Source: Tagaea sp. (lineage in GTDB: Bacteria > Pseudomonadota > Alphaproteobacteria > CACIAM-22H2). From it: a DNA stretch of 64,000 bases. This document shows, piece after piece, positions 18,947-29,823 of this stretch. The stretch spans positions 363,998-427,997 of the forward strand of contig CBDIIB010000005.1 of the NCBI GenBank assembly GCA_965279525.1. The letters are read 5' to 3'. The position numbers and the translations under genes were made by a program. The notes beneath the pieces are model-generated. The model saw only the letters and a list, made by a program, of their open reading frames with translations. It did no database searches and had not been told where the DNA came from. The first letter of the stretch is position 1; the number at the start of each line of letters is the position of its first letter.

Positions 18947-20563
18947 TTATCGGTTCACTATACGGCCGTCGGTGGCGATGCGCACCGGGCTGTTGGCGCG
19001 GATGTAGCTGGCGAGCGCGTCGTCGAGACCCGGACCGAAATCGTAGGGATCGACCGCACGGTCGCGGAACACCACATAGCCGTCGCCGCCCTTGCGCATG
19101 AAGTCGTTCGTCGCGACCGTATATAGGGCGTCCGGATCGACGGGCAAGAAGCTGCCGTCGGGGCGGCGCACTTCGAGCGAGATCACGCGGCTGCCGACCG
19201 GGCGCGACAGCGCCCACGTCAGGCGCGCACCGGCGAGCTGCGGGAAGCGCCCGCCATTCTCGGCGACCTGCGACAGGCCGTTCTCCAGTGCGGCAACCAG
19301 ATCGCGGCCGCGCAGCTTCAGCGTGGCGATGTTGTTCTGGAAAGGCAGCGTCGTCAGCACGTTACCCAGCGTGATCGGACCTTCCGCGATGCCGGCGCGC
19401 AGGCCGCCGCCGTTCTGCACGGCGATGGTGGTGCCGGCCGCGCGCGTGGCGACGAGCATCGCCTCGGCGACGAGATTGCCCAGCGCGCACTCGCGCGCCC
19501 GGCAACCATCCAGCGAATAGGTTACGGCACCCGACCCGACCGGCTGGTTGCGGACCTGGATCAGCGGCGCGTCGAGCCGGTCGACCGCCGCCTGGATGAC
19601 GGCGTTGGGCACGATCGACTGGACGACCGGGATCGTGTTGCCGGCGGCCGAAACCACATTGCCGGCCGCGTCGAAATCGACGTCGATGCGCCCGATGTGG
19701 CGCGAGAACGAGCCCGCCTGCACGATCGGCACGTCGCGCCCCGTGGGCCCCTTGACGACGACCGGATACGGCGCCTCGGCACCCTGGATGCCGTTGCCCA
19801 GCAGCGTGTGCGAATGACCGCCGACGATCACGTCGATGCCGTCGATCTTCTCGGCAAGCTGGCGGTCGCGCGACAGGCCCATGTGCCCGACGACGACGAC
19901 GTGGCTGACGCCCTGCGAACGCAGCTTCGCGATCAGGGCCGGCAGCACCGTCTCGGCCAGCACGAACTTCAGGCGCGAGCCGGGCGACGAGATCTCGGGC
20001 GTGTCTTCGGTCGTGGCGCCGATGATGCCGATCTTCACGCCCGCACGCTCGACGACGATGTGGTCGCGGAACATGCCGCGGATCGTCGGCTCGTCCGACG
20101 CGTCGACATTGGCCGACAGGACCGGGAATTTCGCACCCGACAGATAGCGCGCGAGGTTTGCCGGGCCGTCGTCGAACTCGTGGTTGCCGATCGCCATCGC
20201 GTCGTAGCCGATCAGGTTGGCCATCTCGAGTTCGGCCATTCCCTTGTAGTGGGAATAGAACAGCGAGCCCTGGAACTCGTCGCCGGCGTTGAGCACCAGC
20301 ACCTGCCGGCCGGCGGCGAGCGCTTCGCGCTTCTGCGCCTCGAACAGGGATGCGATGCGTGCCACGCCGCCGAAGCAGCGGTTCTGCGTCGCTTCCTGCG
20401 CCGAGCAGTTCGAGCCCTGCGCGTTGACCATCTGCAGGCGCGAATGCACGTCGTTGGAGTGCAGGATCGTCAGCTTCAGCGGTGCGGGGGGTGTCGTCGT
20501 GCAGGCGGCGAGCAGCGCCAGGGAAGCGGCGGCGAACAGGCGGAGGGGGCGGAAACTCTTCAT
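18947..20563 (-). CDS. Bifunctional metallophosphatase / 5'-nucleotidase (UshA-like) lipoprotein
   Basis: Lipobox LALLAAC. Calcineurin-like motifs NDVHSRL, GDEFQG, GNHEFD. C-terminal 5'-nucleotidase domain. 538 aa. Confidence 0.85.
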   Translation of the reverse strand: MKSFRPLRLFAAASLALLAACTTTPPAPLKLTILHSNDVHSRLQMVNAQGSNCSAQEATQNRCFGGVARIASLFEAQKREALAAGRQVLVLNAGDEFQGSLFYSHYKGMAELEMANLIGYDAMAIGNHEFDDGPANLARYLSGAKFPVLSANVDASDEPTIRGMFRDHIVVERAGVKIGIIGATTEDTPEISSPGSRLKFVLAETVLPALIAKLRSQGVSHVVVVGHMGLSRDRQLAEKIDGIDVIVGGHSHTLLGNGIQGAEAPYPVVVKGPTGRDVPIVQAGSFSRHIGRIDVDFDAAGNVVSAAGNTIPVVQSIVPNAVIQAAVDRLDAPLIQVRNQPVGSGAVTYSLDGCRARECALGNLVAEAMLVATRAAGTTIAVQNGGGLRAGIAEGPITLGNVLTTLPFQNNIATLKLRGRDLVAALENGLSQVAENGGRFPQLAGARLTWALSRPVGSRVISLEVRRPDGSFLPVDPDALYTVATNDFMRKGGDGYVVFRDRAVDPYDFGPGLDDALASYIRANSPVRIATDGRIVNR

Positions 20564-20594
20564 CGCGGGACTCCGTTATGTGAAACCGTTCAGA

Positions 20595-22457
20595 TCAGGC
20601 GCGCCGGCGGGCACCCTTGGGCGCAGTGTCTTCCTCGAAGAGTTCGGCAAGCTTCTCCATCACCGTGCCGCCGAGCTGCTCGGCATCGACGATGGTGACG
20701 GCGCGCCGGTAATAGCGCGTCACGTCGTGGCCGATGCCGATGGCCAGCAGCTCGACCGGCGAGCGCGTCTCGATGTACTCGATCGACTCGCGCAAGTGGC
20801 GCTCCAGATAGTTGCCGGGATTGACCGACAGCGTCGAATCGTCGACGGGTGCCCCGTCGGAGATGACCATCAGGATCTTGCGCTGCTCGGTGCGCGCGAT
20901 CAGGCGCGAATGCGCCCACATCAAGGCCTCGCCGTCGATGTTCTCTTTCAGCAGGCCCTCGCGCAGCATCAGGCCCAGCGACTTGCGCGCCCGGCGCCAG
21001 GGCGCATCGGCACCCTTGTAGACGATGTGGCGCAGGTCGTTGAGACGGCCGGGGTTGGCGGGCTTGCCGGCGGCAAGCCAGCGCTCGCGGCTCTGCCCGC
21101 CCTTCCAGGCGCGCGTCGTGAAACCGAGGATCTCGACCTTGACCGCGCAGCGCTCGAGCGTGCGCGCGAGGATGTCGGCCGACATCGCGGCGACCGTGAT
21201 CGGCCGGCCGCGCATCGAGCCCGAATTGTCGATCAGCAGCGAAACGACCGTATCGCGGAACTTGGTGTCGAGCTCGCGCTTGTAGGAAAGCGGGAAGGCC
21301 GGGTTGGCGACGACACGCGCGAGGCGCGCGGCATCGAGGGTGCCTTCTTCGAGATCGAACTCCCACGCGCGGTTCTGGCGCGCCAGCAGGCGGCGCTGCA
21401 GCCGGTTGGCAAGGCGCGCGATGACGCCCGTGAGATGGCTGAGCTGCTGGTCGAGATGGGCGCGCAGGCGCGTGAGCTCGTCGGCATCGCAAAGCGCGTC
21501 GGCATCGACGGTCTCGTCGAATTCGGACGTGTAGGCGCGGTACATCGGCGCGTCGGCCGAGTTGCGCATGTCGTTTGGCGGGCGCCAGCGCTTGCCCGGA
21601 CGTTCCGGGCCGTCCTCGCCCATGCCGTCGGAATCCTCGCCCTCGCGTTCCTCGCCCTCGCCTTCGCCGCCGTCTTCACCGGCGGCGTCGCGCGTCTCGG
21701 AACCCATCATCGCTTCGGAGTCCGACTGGTCGCCCGAATCCTCGGCCTCGCCCGACTTCTGGCCTTCCTCGTCGTTCTCGCCGTCGCTGTCCTGGTCCTC
21801 GGACTCGGTGGCCTGGCCTTCTTCCTCGCCAAGCTCCAGATCCGCGATCAGCTTGCGCGCGACTTCGGCGAAGGCGGCCTGGTCGTCGAGCGAACGGGAA
21901 AGCTGCGTCAAATCCTGGCCCGCCTTGCCCTCGATCCACGGGCGCCACAGATCGACCATGCGGCGGGCCGATTCCGGCGGCATCTGGCCGGTGAAGGTCT
22001 CGCGCGCGAGCAGCGCCACCGCCTCGACGATGGGGGCCGCCTCGCGGTCGGCGATGCGCGAATAGCCCGCCTGCCGGCAGCGTTCTTCGAGGGCGGCGGA
22101 AAGATTGCCCGCCACGCCCGACATCAGGTTGGAGCCGAGCGCTTCGCAGCGCGCCTGCTCGACCGCGTCGTAGATCGCCCGGCCCATCGTGCCGGTGGGT
22201 GAGCGCTTCGCGTGCACGCCCGCGTCGTGGTGCCGGATCTTGAGCGCGATCGAATCCGCCTCGCCGCGCACGATGGCCACTTCGCCCGCCGGCAGGTCGC
22301 GCGAAGGCACGGGCAGGCGCGCCTCGTTGCCGCGCAGGCCGGGTTGTTCGGGCACGAAGGCGACCGAAAGCTCGACCTCGCGCGCGACCGCGCGCATCGC
22401 CGCGGCCGTGACCTGGCGGAACTGCTCGACCGGACCGTCGTTGTTGCGCGGCGGCAT
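20595..22457 (-). CDS. cobT: Aerobic cobaltochelatase subunit CobT
   Basis: 620 aa with central poly-acidic region ([21 protein letters not shown]...) and C-terminal vWA domain (LIDNSGSM), typical CobT. Confidence 0.85.
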   Translation of the reverse strand: MPPRNNDGPVEQFRQVTAAAMRAVAREVELSVAFVPEQPGLRGNEARLPVPSRDLPAGEVAIVRGEADSIALKIRHHDAGVHAKRSPTGTMGRAIYDAVEQARCEALGSNLMSGVAGNLSAALEERCRQAGYSRIADREAAPIVEAVALLARETFTGQMPPESARRMVDLWRPWIEGKAGQDLTQLSRSLDDQAAFAEVARKLIADLELGEEEGQATESEDQDSDGENDEEGQKSGEAEDSGDQSDSEAMMGSETRDAAGEDGGEGEGEEREGEDSDGMGEDGPERPGKRWRPPNDMRNSADAPMYRAYTSEFDETVDADALCDADELTRLRAHLDQQLSHLTGVIARLANRLQRRLLARQNRAWEFDLEEGTLDAARLARVVANPAFPLSYKRELDTKFRDTVVSLLIDNSGSMRGRPITVAAMSADILARTLERCAVKVEILGFTTRAWKGGQSRERWLAAGKPANPGRLNDLRHIVYKGADAPWRRARKSLGLMLREGLLKENIDGEALMWAHSRLIARTEQRKILMVISDGAPVDDSTLSVNPGNYLERHLRESIEYIETRSPVELLAIGIGHDVTRYYRRAVTIVDAEQLGGTVMEKLAELFEEDTAPKGARRRA

Positions 22458-22464
22458 GGGCCGG

Positions 22465-23469
22465 TCAGCCCGCCTTGCGCACGCTCAGGTTGGCACCGCC
22501 CTGCAACTCGGTGCCGAAGCAGCGCTGGTAGTATTCGGCGACCGTCGTGCGCTCGACCTCGTCGCACTTGTTGAGGAATGTGAGGCGGAACGCGAAGCCG
22601 ACATCGCCGAATATCTTGGCGTTCTCGGCCCAGGTCAGCACGGTGCGCGGGCTCATCACCGTCGAGATGTCGCCCGCCATGAAGCCGGCGCGCGTGAGAT
22701 CGGCCAACGCGACCATCGCCGAGACGATCTCGCGCCCTTCCTTGGTGTCGTAGCCCGACGCCTTGGCCAGCACGATCTTCGTCTCCTGCTCGTGCGGCAG
22801 GTAGTTGAGCGTCGTGACGACGTTCCAGCGGTCCATCTGGCCCTGGTTGATCTGCTGCGTGCCGTGATAGAGGCCCGTCGTGTCGCCGAGGCCGACCGTA
22901 TTGGCTGTCGCAAAGAGCCGGAAAGCCGGGTGCGGATGCAGCACGCGGTTCTGGTCGAGCAGCGTGAGCTTGCCGTCGACTTCCAGCACGCGCTGGATGA
23001 CGAACATCACGTCGGCGCGGCCGGCGTCGTATTCGTCGAACACGAGCGCGCAGGGATGCTGGAGCGCCCAGGGCAGCAGCCCCTCGCGGAACTCGGTCAC
23101 CTGCTTGCCGTCGCGCACGACGATGGCGTCGCGCCCGACGAGGTCGATGCGGCTGATGTGGCTGTCGAGATTGATGCGGATGCACGGCCAGTTGAGGCGG
23201 GCGGCGACCTGCTCGATATGCGTCGACTTGCCCGTGCCGTGGTAACCCTGGACCATCACGCGCCGGTTGAAGGCGAAGCCTGCGATGATGGCGAGCGTCG
23301 TCTCCTTGTCGAAGCGGTAATTCTCGTCGACGTTGGGGACGTGCTCGGTCGGGGCGACCGAGAAGGCGGGAACCTCGAGATCGGAATCGATGCCGAAGGT
23401 CTGGCGGACCTTCACCTTGATGTCGGGAACGCGCGCGTAATCGGCGGACGCAGTCGTCACTGTGGCCAT
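22465..23469 (-). CDS. cobS: Aerobic cobaltochelatase subunit CobS (AAA+ ATPase)
   Basis: [31 protein letters not shown] Walker A region, 334 aa, directly upstream of cobT. Confidence 0.85.
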   Translation of the reverse strand: MATVTTASADYARVPDIKVKVRQTFGIDSDLEVPAFSVAPTEHVPNVDENYRFDKETTLAIIAGFAFNRRVMVQGYHGTGKSTHIEQVAARLNWPCIRINLDSHISRIDLVGRDAIVVRDGKQVTEFREGLLPWALQHPCALVFDEYDAGRADVMFVIQRVLEVDGKLTLLDQNRVLHPHPAFRLFATANTVGLGDTTGLYHGTQQINQGQMDRWNVVTTLNYLPHEQETKIVLAKASGYDTKEGREIVSAMVALADLTRAGFMAGDISTVMSPRTVLTWAENAKIFGDVGFAFRLTFLNKCDEVERTTVAEYYQRCFGTELQGGANLSVRKAG

Positions 23470-23533
23470 GGTCTGGGAAACTCCGCGATCGGAACGTCGA
23501 AAGGACCGGCGCAGAAACCCGCCGGTCGGGACC

Positions 23534-24157
23534 CTAGGGTCCGGCCGTCGGCTTGGCTTGCTGCGCCTTCAGGAACGTATAAGCCTGATTGATGGATTTT
23601 AGACGTTCTTCCGCCGCCTTGTCGCCCCCGTTCGCGTCCGGATGATGGCGTTTGACGAGGGACTTGTATCGAGACTTTATCTCGTCGGGACTGGCGGTCC
23701 AGTCGAGCTCCAGCACGGCAAGTGCTTCTTCGACCTGCGTTGCCGGGCGGCGGCGGGGTGGCGGGGCTTCCGTTTTGGCGGACGCGTCGAACCCCGGGAT
23801 GTCGGATTGCGCAAACCAGCGGCGCATTGCCTCTTCGATGGCCTCGGCCCCGCCCCGGTTGCGGCCGCGCCTTCCCACGCCCATCGGCCAGGTCGGGCGC
23901 CGTCCGATCACGTCGGCGCGCTTTTCCTGCTCGAGCGCGTCGGCGCCCATGCCCTTGTAGAAATCCCACGACGCGTTGTAGGCGCGCACGTGCGGCAGGC
24001 AGAACCAATAGAAATCGTTGAGCTTTTTCCGATCGCGCGGAGCGCGGAACTCGCCTGTCGCGGCACAGCCGGGATGGTCGCACCGCTTGGGAGCGGCATG
24101 GGGGTCGACCTGGGGGCGGTCATAGGGACGGGCGCGGACGCGAGCCATGGCATCCAA
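23534..24157 (-). CDS. J-domain-containing protein (DnaJ-like), conserved partner of cobS-cobT in alphaproteobacteria
   Basis: C-terminal J domain ([34 protein letters not shown] with HPD motif). Confidence 0.75.
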   Translation of the reverse strand: MDAMARVRARPYDRPQVDPHAAPKRCDHPGCAATGEFRAPRDRKKLNDFYWFCLPHVRAYNASWDFYKGMGADALEQEKRADVIGRRPTWPMGVGRRGRNRGGAEAIEEAMRRWFAQSDIPGFDASAKTEAPPPRRRPATQVEEALAVLELDWTASPDEIKSRYKSLVKRHHPDANGGDKAAEERLKSINQAYTFLKAQQAKPTAGP

Positions 24158-24357
24158 GTATGGGCGAGGTTCGGGCCCGCGACAACATCCGGCACCGATT
24201 CTGGCAGCCTTTTGAGCCGTCTATCTGTTTACAGAAGTTTTCTAAAATTGTAGATTTATTGTGGACAAGTCGTGCAGTGGCGGGAATCCGTGCAAACCAT
24301 TAGGATTGTGGCCCAATCGCGGCAATGGCCGCCTTGCGGGGTTCAGAGGAAGAGGCG

Positions 24358-24744
24358 ATGGCGAGCGAGTACCGTCTGATCTTCTTCGACCAGAACGAGC
24401 TGTGCCGCGCGCTGATCGAATATAACCGCCAGCGCCGCACACCGTTCCCGCCGGGCAATCTCAAGAAGGTCGTCATCGACCGCGACCGGCTCAACGTGAC
24501 GATCCAGATCGACAAGGATTCGGGCGATCTCGACAAGGTGACGTTCGACGCCGCGTCGGTCGCCGCCGCCCTGATCGTCTATTGCCGCGACCGCAAGATC
24601 CCGCTGCCGGCGAAGTCGGCAAAGGAAATGCGCCTCGTCGCCGACCGCCTGTGCTTCCTGATCCGCATCAAGGGCACGCCCGCCGAAGCGTCGATCGCCG
24701 TCGAATACACCGGCAAGATGGTCGCGACGGAAGCAGCGGATTAG
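24358..24744 (+). CDS. Hypothetical cytoplasmic protein (128 aa)
   Basis: MASEYRLIFFDQNELCRALIEY... preceded by GAGGAAGAGG SD. No family recognised. Confidence 0.55.
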   Translation: MASEYRLIFFDQNELCRALIEYNRQRRTPFPPGNLKKVVIDRDRLNVTIQIDKDSGDLDKVTFDAASVAAALIVYCRDRKIPLPAKSAKEMRLVADRLCFLIRIKGTPAEASIAVEYTGKMVATEAAD

Positions 24745-24746
24745 TT

Positions 24747-25613
24747 CTACTGGAAGACGGCTTCCGCCGTCATCGCCTGCGCGCCGTCGGCGCGGCGGAC
24801 CCACAGCACGGCACCCGCGCGCGTCCAGACTTCCGTCGCGTCGCGCACCCACAGCGTCGCCGGATTTTCCGCAGGCTTGCCGCACAGCACGAAGGGTGCG
24901 GTGTCGACGACCGGCGCCTGAGCGCGGAAGGCGAAACGCTTCAAAGGCCGACCGGCCCGCTCGACGGCAAGATCCATCAGCATCGTCGCGAGCATCGGCC
25001 CGTGCACGACGAGGCCTTCGTAGCCTTCGACGTCGCGCGCGTAGGTGCGGTCGTAGTGGATGCGGTGGCCGTTGAACGTCAGCGCCGAATAGCGGAACAG
25101 CAGCGTGGGATCCGGCGTCACGTGGCGCGACCAGTCTTCTCCACCCGGCGCCTGCGGCGGCTTCGGAGCCGGGTGCGACGGATCAGGGTCGGCGCGATAG
25201 ACGATGTCGTGCTCTTCTTCGAGCCGCAGCGCGCCGTCGGCCGAGATCGCGTGGTGCACCGTGACGAACACGAGGGCGCCGGTCTTGCCGTGCTTCTCCT
25301 CGACCTTCGCGATGCGTGAGGCGCGCGTGGCGATGGCACCCACTGGCAGCGGCGAATGGTAGACGAGCCGCCCGCCCGCCCACATGCGGCGCGGCAGCGC
25401 CACCGGCGGCAGGAAGCCGCCGCGCTTCGGGTGCCCGTCGCGCCCCAGATCGCGCGCCTTGGCGACCGCGTTGAAAAACGCCCAGTGCCAGCCGGGCGGA
25501 ACGTGATCGCCCGGCGGATCGCGGTCGAACGTCGCGGCAAGGGCCGCGATACGTCCCGGCTCGATCGTCTCGCTCGCCGTCTCGGTGCGCCCGATCCAGT
25601 CGGCGAGGTTCAT
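24747..25613 (-). CDS. MaoC-family double-hotdog (R)-specific enoyl-CoA hydratase/dehydratase (mesaconyl/itaconyl-CoA hydratase-like)
   Basis: 288 aa, N-terminal MNLADWIGRTE start with ATGA overlap of the CoA-transferase stop. Hotdog-fold signature in C-half. Confidence 0.65.
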   Translation of the reverse strand: MNLADWIGRTETASETIEPGRIAALAATFDRDPPGDHVPPGWHWAFFNAVAKARDLGRDGHPKRGGFLPPVALPRRMWAGGRLVYHSPLPVGAIATRASRIAKVEEKHGKTGALVFVTVHHAISADGALRLEEEHDIVYRADPDPSHPAPKPPQAPGGEDWSRHVTPDPTLLFRYSALTFNGHRIHYDRTYARDVEGYEGLVVHGPMLATMLMDLAVERAGRPLKRFAFRAQAPVVDTAPFVLCGKPAENPATLWVRDATEVWTRAGAVLWVRRADGAQAMTAEAVFQ

Positions 25614-26725
25614 GCGAATTCCTTGCGGATCGCGGCCGAATGCTGGCCGACCGTCGGCACGGGTCCGAGCGAGGGTGCGCGTTCGCCATCGATGACCGGC
25701 GGGGGTGCGGGAATCGCGACCTTGCCGCCCGGTGTGTCGATCTCGACGCGACGCAGCTGCGGATGCCTGGAAAAGCGCGCAACGTCGTTGAGCTCGCCGA
25801 ACGCGATGTTGCCCTTCTTGAGTCGGGCCACCAGTTCCGCGCGCGGGTGCTTGCCGAAGAACGCGGCGATATAGGCGTCGAGAGCGGCGCGGTTCTTCAC
25901 GCGCAGGACGTTGGTGGCGAACTCGGGCTTGCCCGGTTCGCCCAGCACATGCGTGCAGAAGCCCGCCCATTCGCGGTCGTTCTGCACCGAGATGACGATC
26001 GGGATGCCGTCGGCACTGGCGAACGCGCTGTAGGGGGCGACCGACGGATGGGCGAGGCCCACGCGCGCCGGCGCCTTGCCGGCATAGTCGAAATGCAGCA
26101 GCGGGACGGCCATCCAATCGGCCATGCCGTCGAACAGCGAGACCTTGATCGAACGGCCCTCACCGGTGCGTCCGCGCGCGATCAGCGCTTCGAGGATCGC
26201 CTGGTGCGCGTACATGCCCGCCGCGATGTCGCACACCGACACGCCCACGCGCCCCGGCGCATCCGGCCCGCCGGTGATCGAGGCGAGGCCCGTCTCGGCC
26301 TGCACCAGCATGTCGTAACTCTTCATCGCCGCGTAGGGACCTTCGTCGCCATAGCCCGAGATGTCGACGACGATGAGGCGCGGATATTTCGCGCGCAGAT
26401 CTTCTGTGCCGAAGCCCGCACGCGCGGCCGCCCCCGGCATCAGGTTCTGCACGAACACGTCGGCCTTCGCGAGGATACGGTGCATCAGGGTCGCGTCCGC
26501 CGGCTCCTTGATGTCGGCGACGAGCGACTGCTTGCCGCGGTTGAGCCAGACGAAATAGCTCGCCTGCCCCTTGGCCACATCGTCGTAGCCGCGCGCGAAA
26601 TCGCCCTCGGGCCGCTCGATCTTGACGACGCGCGCACCGGCATCGGCCAGCCGCGACGTGCAATAGGGGGCCGCGACCGCCTGTTCGAGGGAGAGGACGA
26701 GGATGCCGTCGAGTGCGCCCGTCAT
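25610..26725 (-). CDS. Family III CoA-transferase (CaiB/BaiF/Frc family)
   Basis: MTGALDGILVLSLEQAVAAPYCTSRLADAGARVVKIERPEGD N-terminus typical of the family. The ORF-track start is an upstream TTG. Confidence 0.8.
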   Translation of the reverse strand: MTGALDGILVLSLEQAVAAPYCTSRLADAGARVVKIERPEGDFARGYDDVAKGQASYFVWLNRGKQSLVADIKEPADATLMHRILAKADVFVQNLMPGAAARAGFGTEDLRAKYPRLIVVDISGYGDEGPYAAMKSYDMLVQAETGLASITGGPDAPGRVGVSVCDIAAGMYAHQAILEALIARGRTGEGRSIKVSLFDGMADWMAVPLLHFDYAGKAPARVGLAHPSVAPYSAFASADGIPIVISVQNDREWAGFCTHVLGEPGKPEFATNVLRVKNRAALDAYIAAFFGKHPRAELVARLKKGNIAFGELNDVARFSRHPQLRRVEIDTPGGKVAIPAPPPVIDGERAPSLGPVPTVGQHSAAIRKEFA

Positions 26726-26726
26726 G

Positions 26727-27869
26727 TCAGTACGACCTCGGAAGATCCAGAACGTGCTCGGCAAGATAGGCGAGGATCAGGTTCGTCGAGATCGGGGCGA
26801 CCTGATAGAGCCTGGTCTCGCGGAACTTGCGCTCGACGTCGTATTCCTCGGCGAAGCCGAAGCCGCCATGCGTCTGCAGGCACGCCTCGGCGGCCTTCCA
26901 CGACGCGTCGGCCGCCAGCATCTTGGCCATGTTGGCCTGCGGCCCGCACGCCTCGCCCGCCTCGTAGAGATCGAGCGCTTCGCGCACCATCAAGGCTGCC
27001 GCCTGCCCTTCGGCATAGGCGCGCGCGATCGGGAACTGGATGCCCTGGTTCTGGCCGATGGGCCGGCCGAACACGACGCGCTCGCGCGCGTAGTTGCTGG
27101 CCTTCTCGACGAACCAGTTGAGGTCGCCCACGCATTCGGCCGCGATCAGGATGCGCTCGGCATTCATGCCGTCGAGGATGTAGCGGAAGCCCCGCCCCTC
27201 CTCGCCGATGCGGTTTTCCGCCGGCACTTCCAGATCGTCGAAGAACACTTCGGTCGTCGCGTGGTTCATCATCGCGCGCAGCGGCTTGATCGTCAGGCCC
27301 TTGGCCTCGCGCATGTCGACGACGAACACCGAGAGGCCGTCGGTCTTCTTCGCGGTCTTGTCCTTGGGCGTCGTGCGCGCGAGCAGCAGCATCAGGTCGG
27401 AATGTTCGGCGCGGCTCGTCCACACCTTCTGGCCGTTGATCACATATTTGTCGCCGCGACGTTCGGCGGTCGTGCGGATCGCGGTCGTGTCGGTACCGGC
27501 ACTTGGCTCGGTCACGCCGAAGGCCTGCAGGCGCAGATCGCCCGCCGCGATGCCGGGCAGGAAACGCTGTTTCTGTTCGGGGCTGCCGTGGCGCAGGATC
27601 GTGCCCATCGTGTACATCTGCGCGTGGCACGCCCCGCCATTGCAGCCCGACGCGTGGATCTCCTCGAGGATCGCGGCGGCCGCCGAAAGCCCCAGCCCCG
27701 ACCCGCCATATTCCTCGGGGATCAGCACGGCAAGCATGCCCGCCTTCGTCAGTTCGTCGACGAACGCCTTGGGATAGGCGCGTTCGCGGTCCAGTGCGCG
27801 CCAGTATTCGCCCGGATATTTCGCGCAGAGCGCCTTGACCGATTCGCGGATCTCCGGGTGGCTCGCCAT
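26727..27869 (-). CDS. Acyl-CoA dehydrogenase family protein
   Basis: 380 aa from MASHPEIRESV with GVTEPSAGTD and C-terminal ACAD signature. Upstream ORF start is an alternative-codon extension. Confidence 0.8.
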   Translation of the reverse strand: MASHPEIRESVKALCAKYPGEYWRALDRERAYPKAFVDELTKAGMLAVLIPEEYGGSGLGLSAAAAILEEIHASGCNGGACHAQMYTMGTILRHGSPEQKQRFLPGIAAGDLRLQAFGVTEPSAGTDTTAIRTTAERRGDKYVINGQKVWTSRAEHSDLMLLLARTTPKDKTAKKTDGLSVFVVDMREAKGLTIKPLRAMMNHATTEVFFDDLEVPAENRIGEEGRGFRYILDGMNAERILIAAECVGDLNWFVEKASNYARERVVFGRPIGQNQGIQFPIARAYAEGQAAALMVREALDLYEAGEACGPQANMAKMLAADASWKAAEACLQTHGGFGFAEEYDVERKFRETRLYQVAPISTNLILAYLAEHVLDLPRSY

Positions 27870-27873
27870 GGCG

Positions 27874-28875
27874 CTAGCCCGCCCGTTTGCGCAGGTCGGC
27901 AAGCAGGTCGGCCGGCACCTTGATGCCGCCGGCGGCGGACGCGGCCCGCAGCTTCAGCCGCCGCTCGCCGGGCAGGCGCGTGCCGGATTGCGCGAGGATG
28001 GCGCCCAGCAGCACCTCCAGCCGCGTGGCGAACGCAGGGCCGGCGAAACGCTGGGGATCGATCAGCAGGAAGAACTGGCCCACGCGCGGCGGCCCGCCCT
28101 TGGCGTCGAAGAACGAGCTGGCTTCGTAGCCGAAATTCGATGCGGTGAGTGCGGCCGCGAGGATCTCGACCATCAGCACCAGCGCCGCCCCCTTGGCGTC
28201 GCCCAGCGGGAGCATCGTGCCGGCCATCGCCTTCTTGGGATCGGTCGTCGGATTGCCGTCGGGATCGAGCGCCCAGCCTTCGGGGATCGTCTCGCCTTTC
28301 TGGGCGGCCACCATGATCTTGCCGCGCGCGACCTTCGACAGCGACAGGTCGACGACGAGTGGCGCCTTGCCCGCGCGCGGAGCCGCGAACGCGATGGGGT
28401 TGGTGCCGAACAGTGCCTTCGACCCGCCCCACGGGGCGATGGCCGACGGCGAGTTGCCGAACAGGAGGGCGACCAGCCCTGCCTTCGCCGCCGCCTCGAC
28501 GTGATAGCCGGCCGCCCCGAAATGATGCGAGTTGCCGATCCCGACGCCCACGACACCGGCCGTCTTCGCCATGTCGATGCCCTTCGCGATGCCGGCGGCG
28601 ATGGCCGGATAGGCGAACCCGTCCTTCGCGTCGACGAACAGCGCGCCGGGCGCGTTGACGCGCAGCTCGGGCACGGCCGTACCCGCGACCTTGCCGGCCT
28701 TGGCCTGGTCGGCATAGGCGGCGACACGGCTCAGACCGTGGCTGGCGAGCCCGTCGGCTTCCGCCGCGACGAGCGCGTCGGCGACGGCGCCCGCGTTGGC
28801 GGGTACCGTACCGGCGGCGACAAGTGCCTTCAGCACCAGCGCATGCGCGTCGGCCAGCGAAATGGTCTCGCTCAT
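27874..28875 (-). CDS. Ldh2-family oxidoreductase (malate/L-lactate/sulfolactate dehydrogenase family, ComC-like)
   Basis: 333 aa from MSETISLADAHALVLKAL. Ldh_2 core (GNSHHFGAAGYH). ATGA overlap with the upstream 2-HADH stop. Confidence 0.75.
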   Translation of the reverse strand: MSETISLADAHALVLKALVAAGTVPANAGAVADALVAAEADGLASHGLSRVAAYADQAKAGKVAGTAVPELRVNAPGALFVDAKDGFAYPAIAAGIAKGIDMAKTAGVVGVGIGNSHHFGAAGYHVEAAAKAGLVALLFGNSPSAIAPWGGSKALFGTNPIAFAAPRAGKAPLVVDLSLSKVARGKIMVAAQKGETIPEGWALDPDGNPTTDPKKAMAGTMLPLGDAKGAALVLMVEILAAALTASNFGYEASSFFDAKGGPPRVGQFFLLIDPQRFAGPAFATRLEVLLGAILAQSGTRLPGERRLKLRAASAAGGIKVPADLLADLRKRAG

Positions 28876-29822
28876 TTCGACCCCTTGATGCCGAGATTCG
28901 CCAACGCACTGCGCACGTTGGCGACCGTCACGCTGGAAACGCGCACGTTGCCCTCGGCGGTCACGCCGGCGATGTGCGGCGTCAGCCACAGGCGCGGAGC
29001 ACCTTCGAGCACCGAGCCCGCCTTCAGCGGCTCCTTGTCGAAGACGTCGATCGCGGCGCCGCCGAGCGTGCCGGCCTTCAGGGCGGCGGCCAGAGCGGCC
29101 TCGTCGATGATGCCGCCGCGCGACGTGTTGATCAGGATGGCGGACTTCTTCATCTTCGCGAGGCGCGCCGCGTCGATCAGGTTGCGCGTCTGCGGCGTCA
29201 AGGGCACATGCAGCGAGATCACGTCGGACGTGGCGCAAAGCTCCTCGACCGTGGCGATGCGTGTCACGCCGTACTGCTTCCACGCCGGATCGTCCGGCTT
29301 CAGCATCGGGTCGTAGGCCGCAAGATCCATTTCCAGCGCCTTCGCGCGCGTCGCGACCGCGCGCGCGATCCCGCCGAAGCCCACGAAGCCGAGGCGCTTG
29401 CCCATCGCCTCGCCCAGCATCAGGTCGTTGCGCGGCCACTTGCCGGCGAGCACGTCGGCATTGGCCTTCCAAACGTCGCGAAGGCACACGAGCGTTGCCG
29501 CGATCACGTATTCGGCGACCGAAACGGTGTTGGCCCCCGTCGCCGGGAAGACCTGGATGCCGCGCTTCGCGCATTCGTCCATGTCGATATTGTCGAGCCC
29601 GACGCCCAGCCGGCCGATCACCTTCAGGTTCTTCATCGCGGCAAGCACGGGGCCGCGGACCTGCGTGAGGTTGCGCACGATGATCGCCGGGCTTTCCGCG
29701 GCAAGCTTCGCGAGTTCCTCGGGCTTCGACACGAGGGTGCGGTCGTAATGGACCTTGTAATCCTTCGCCAGATCGTCGACCGCCCACTGGTCGACGAATT
29801 CGCTCACGACGATGTCGTACAT
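28872..29822 (-). CDS. D-isomer-specific 2-hydroxyacid dehydrogenase (NAD-binding)
   Basis: 316 aa from MYDIVVSEF. Rossmann GFVGFGGIARAV. Catalytic RGGIIDE and PH motif. Confidence 0.8.
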   Translation of the reverse strand: MYDIVVSEFVDQWAVDDLAKDYKVHYDRTLVSKPEELAKLAAESPAIIVRNLTQVRGPVLAAMKNLKVIGRLGVGLDNIDMDECAKRGIQVFPATGANTVSVAEYVIAATLVCLRDVWKANADVLAGKWPRNDLMLGEAMGKRLGFVGFGGIARAVATRAKALEMDLAAYDPMLKPDDPAWKQYGVTRIATVEELCATSDVISLHVPLTPQTRNLIDAARLAKMKKSAILINTSRGGIIDEAALAAALKAGTLGGAAIDVFDKEPLKAGSVLEGAPRLWLTPHIAGVTAEGNVRVSSVTVANVRSALANLGIKGSK

Positions 29823-29823
29823 T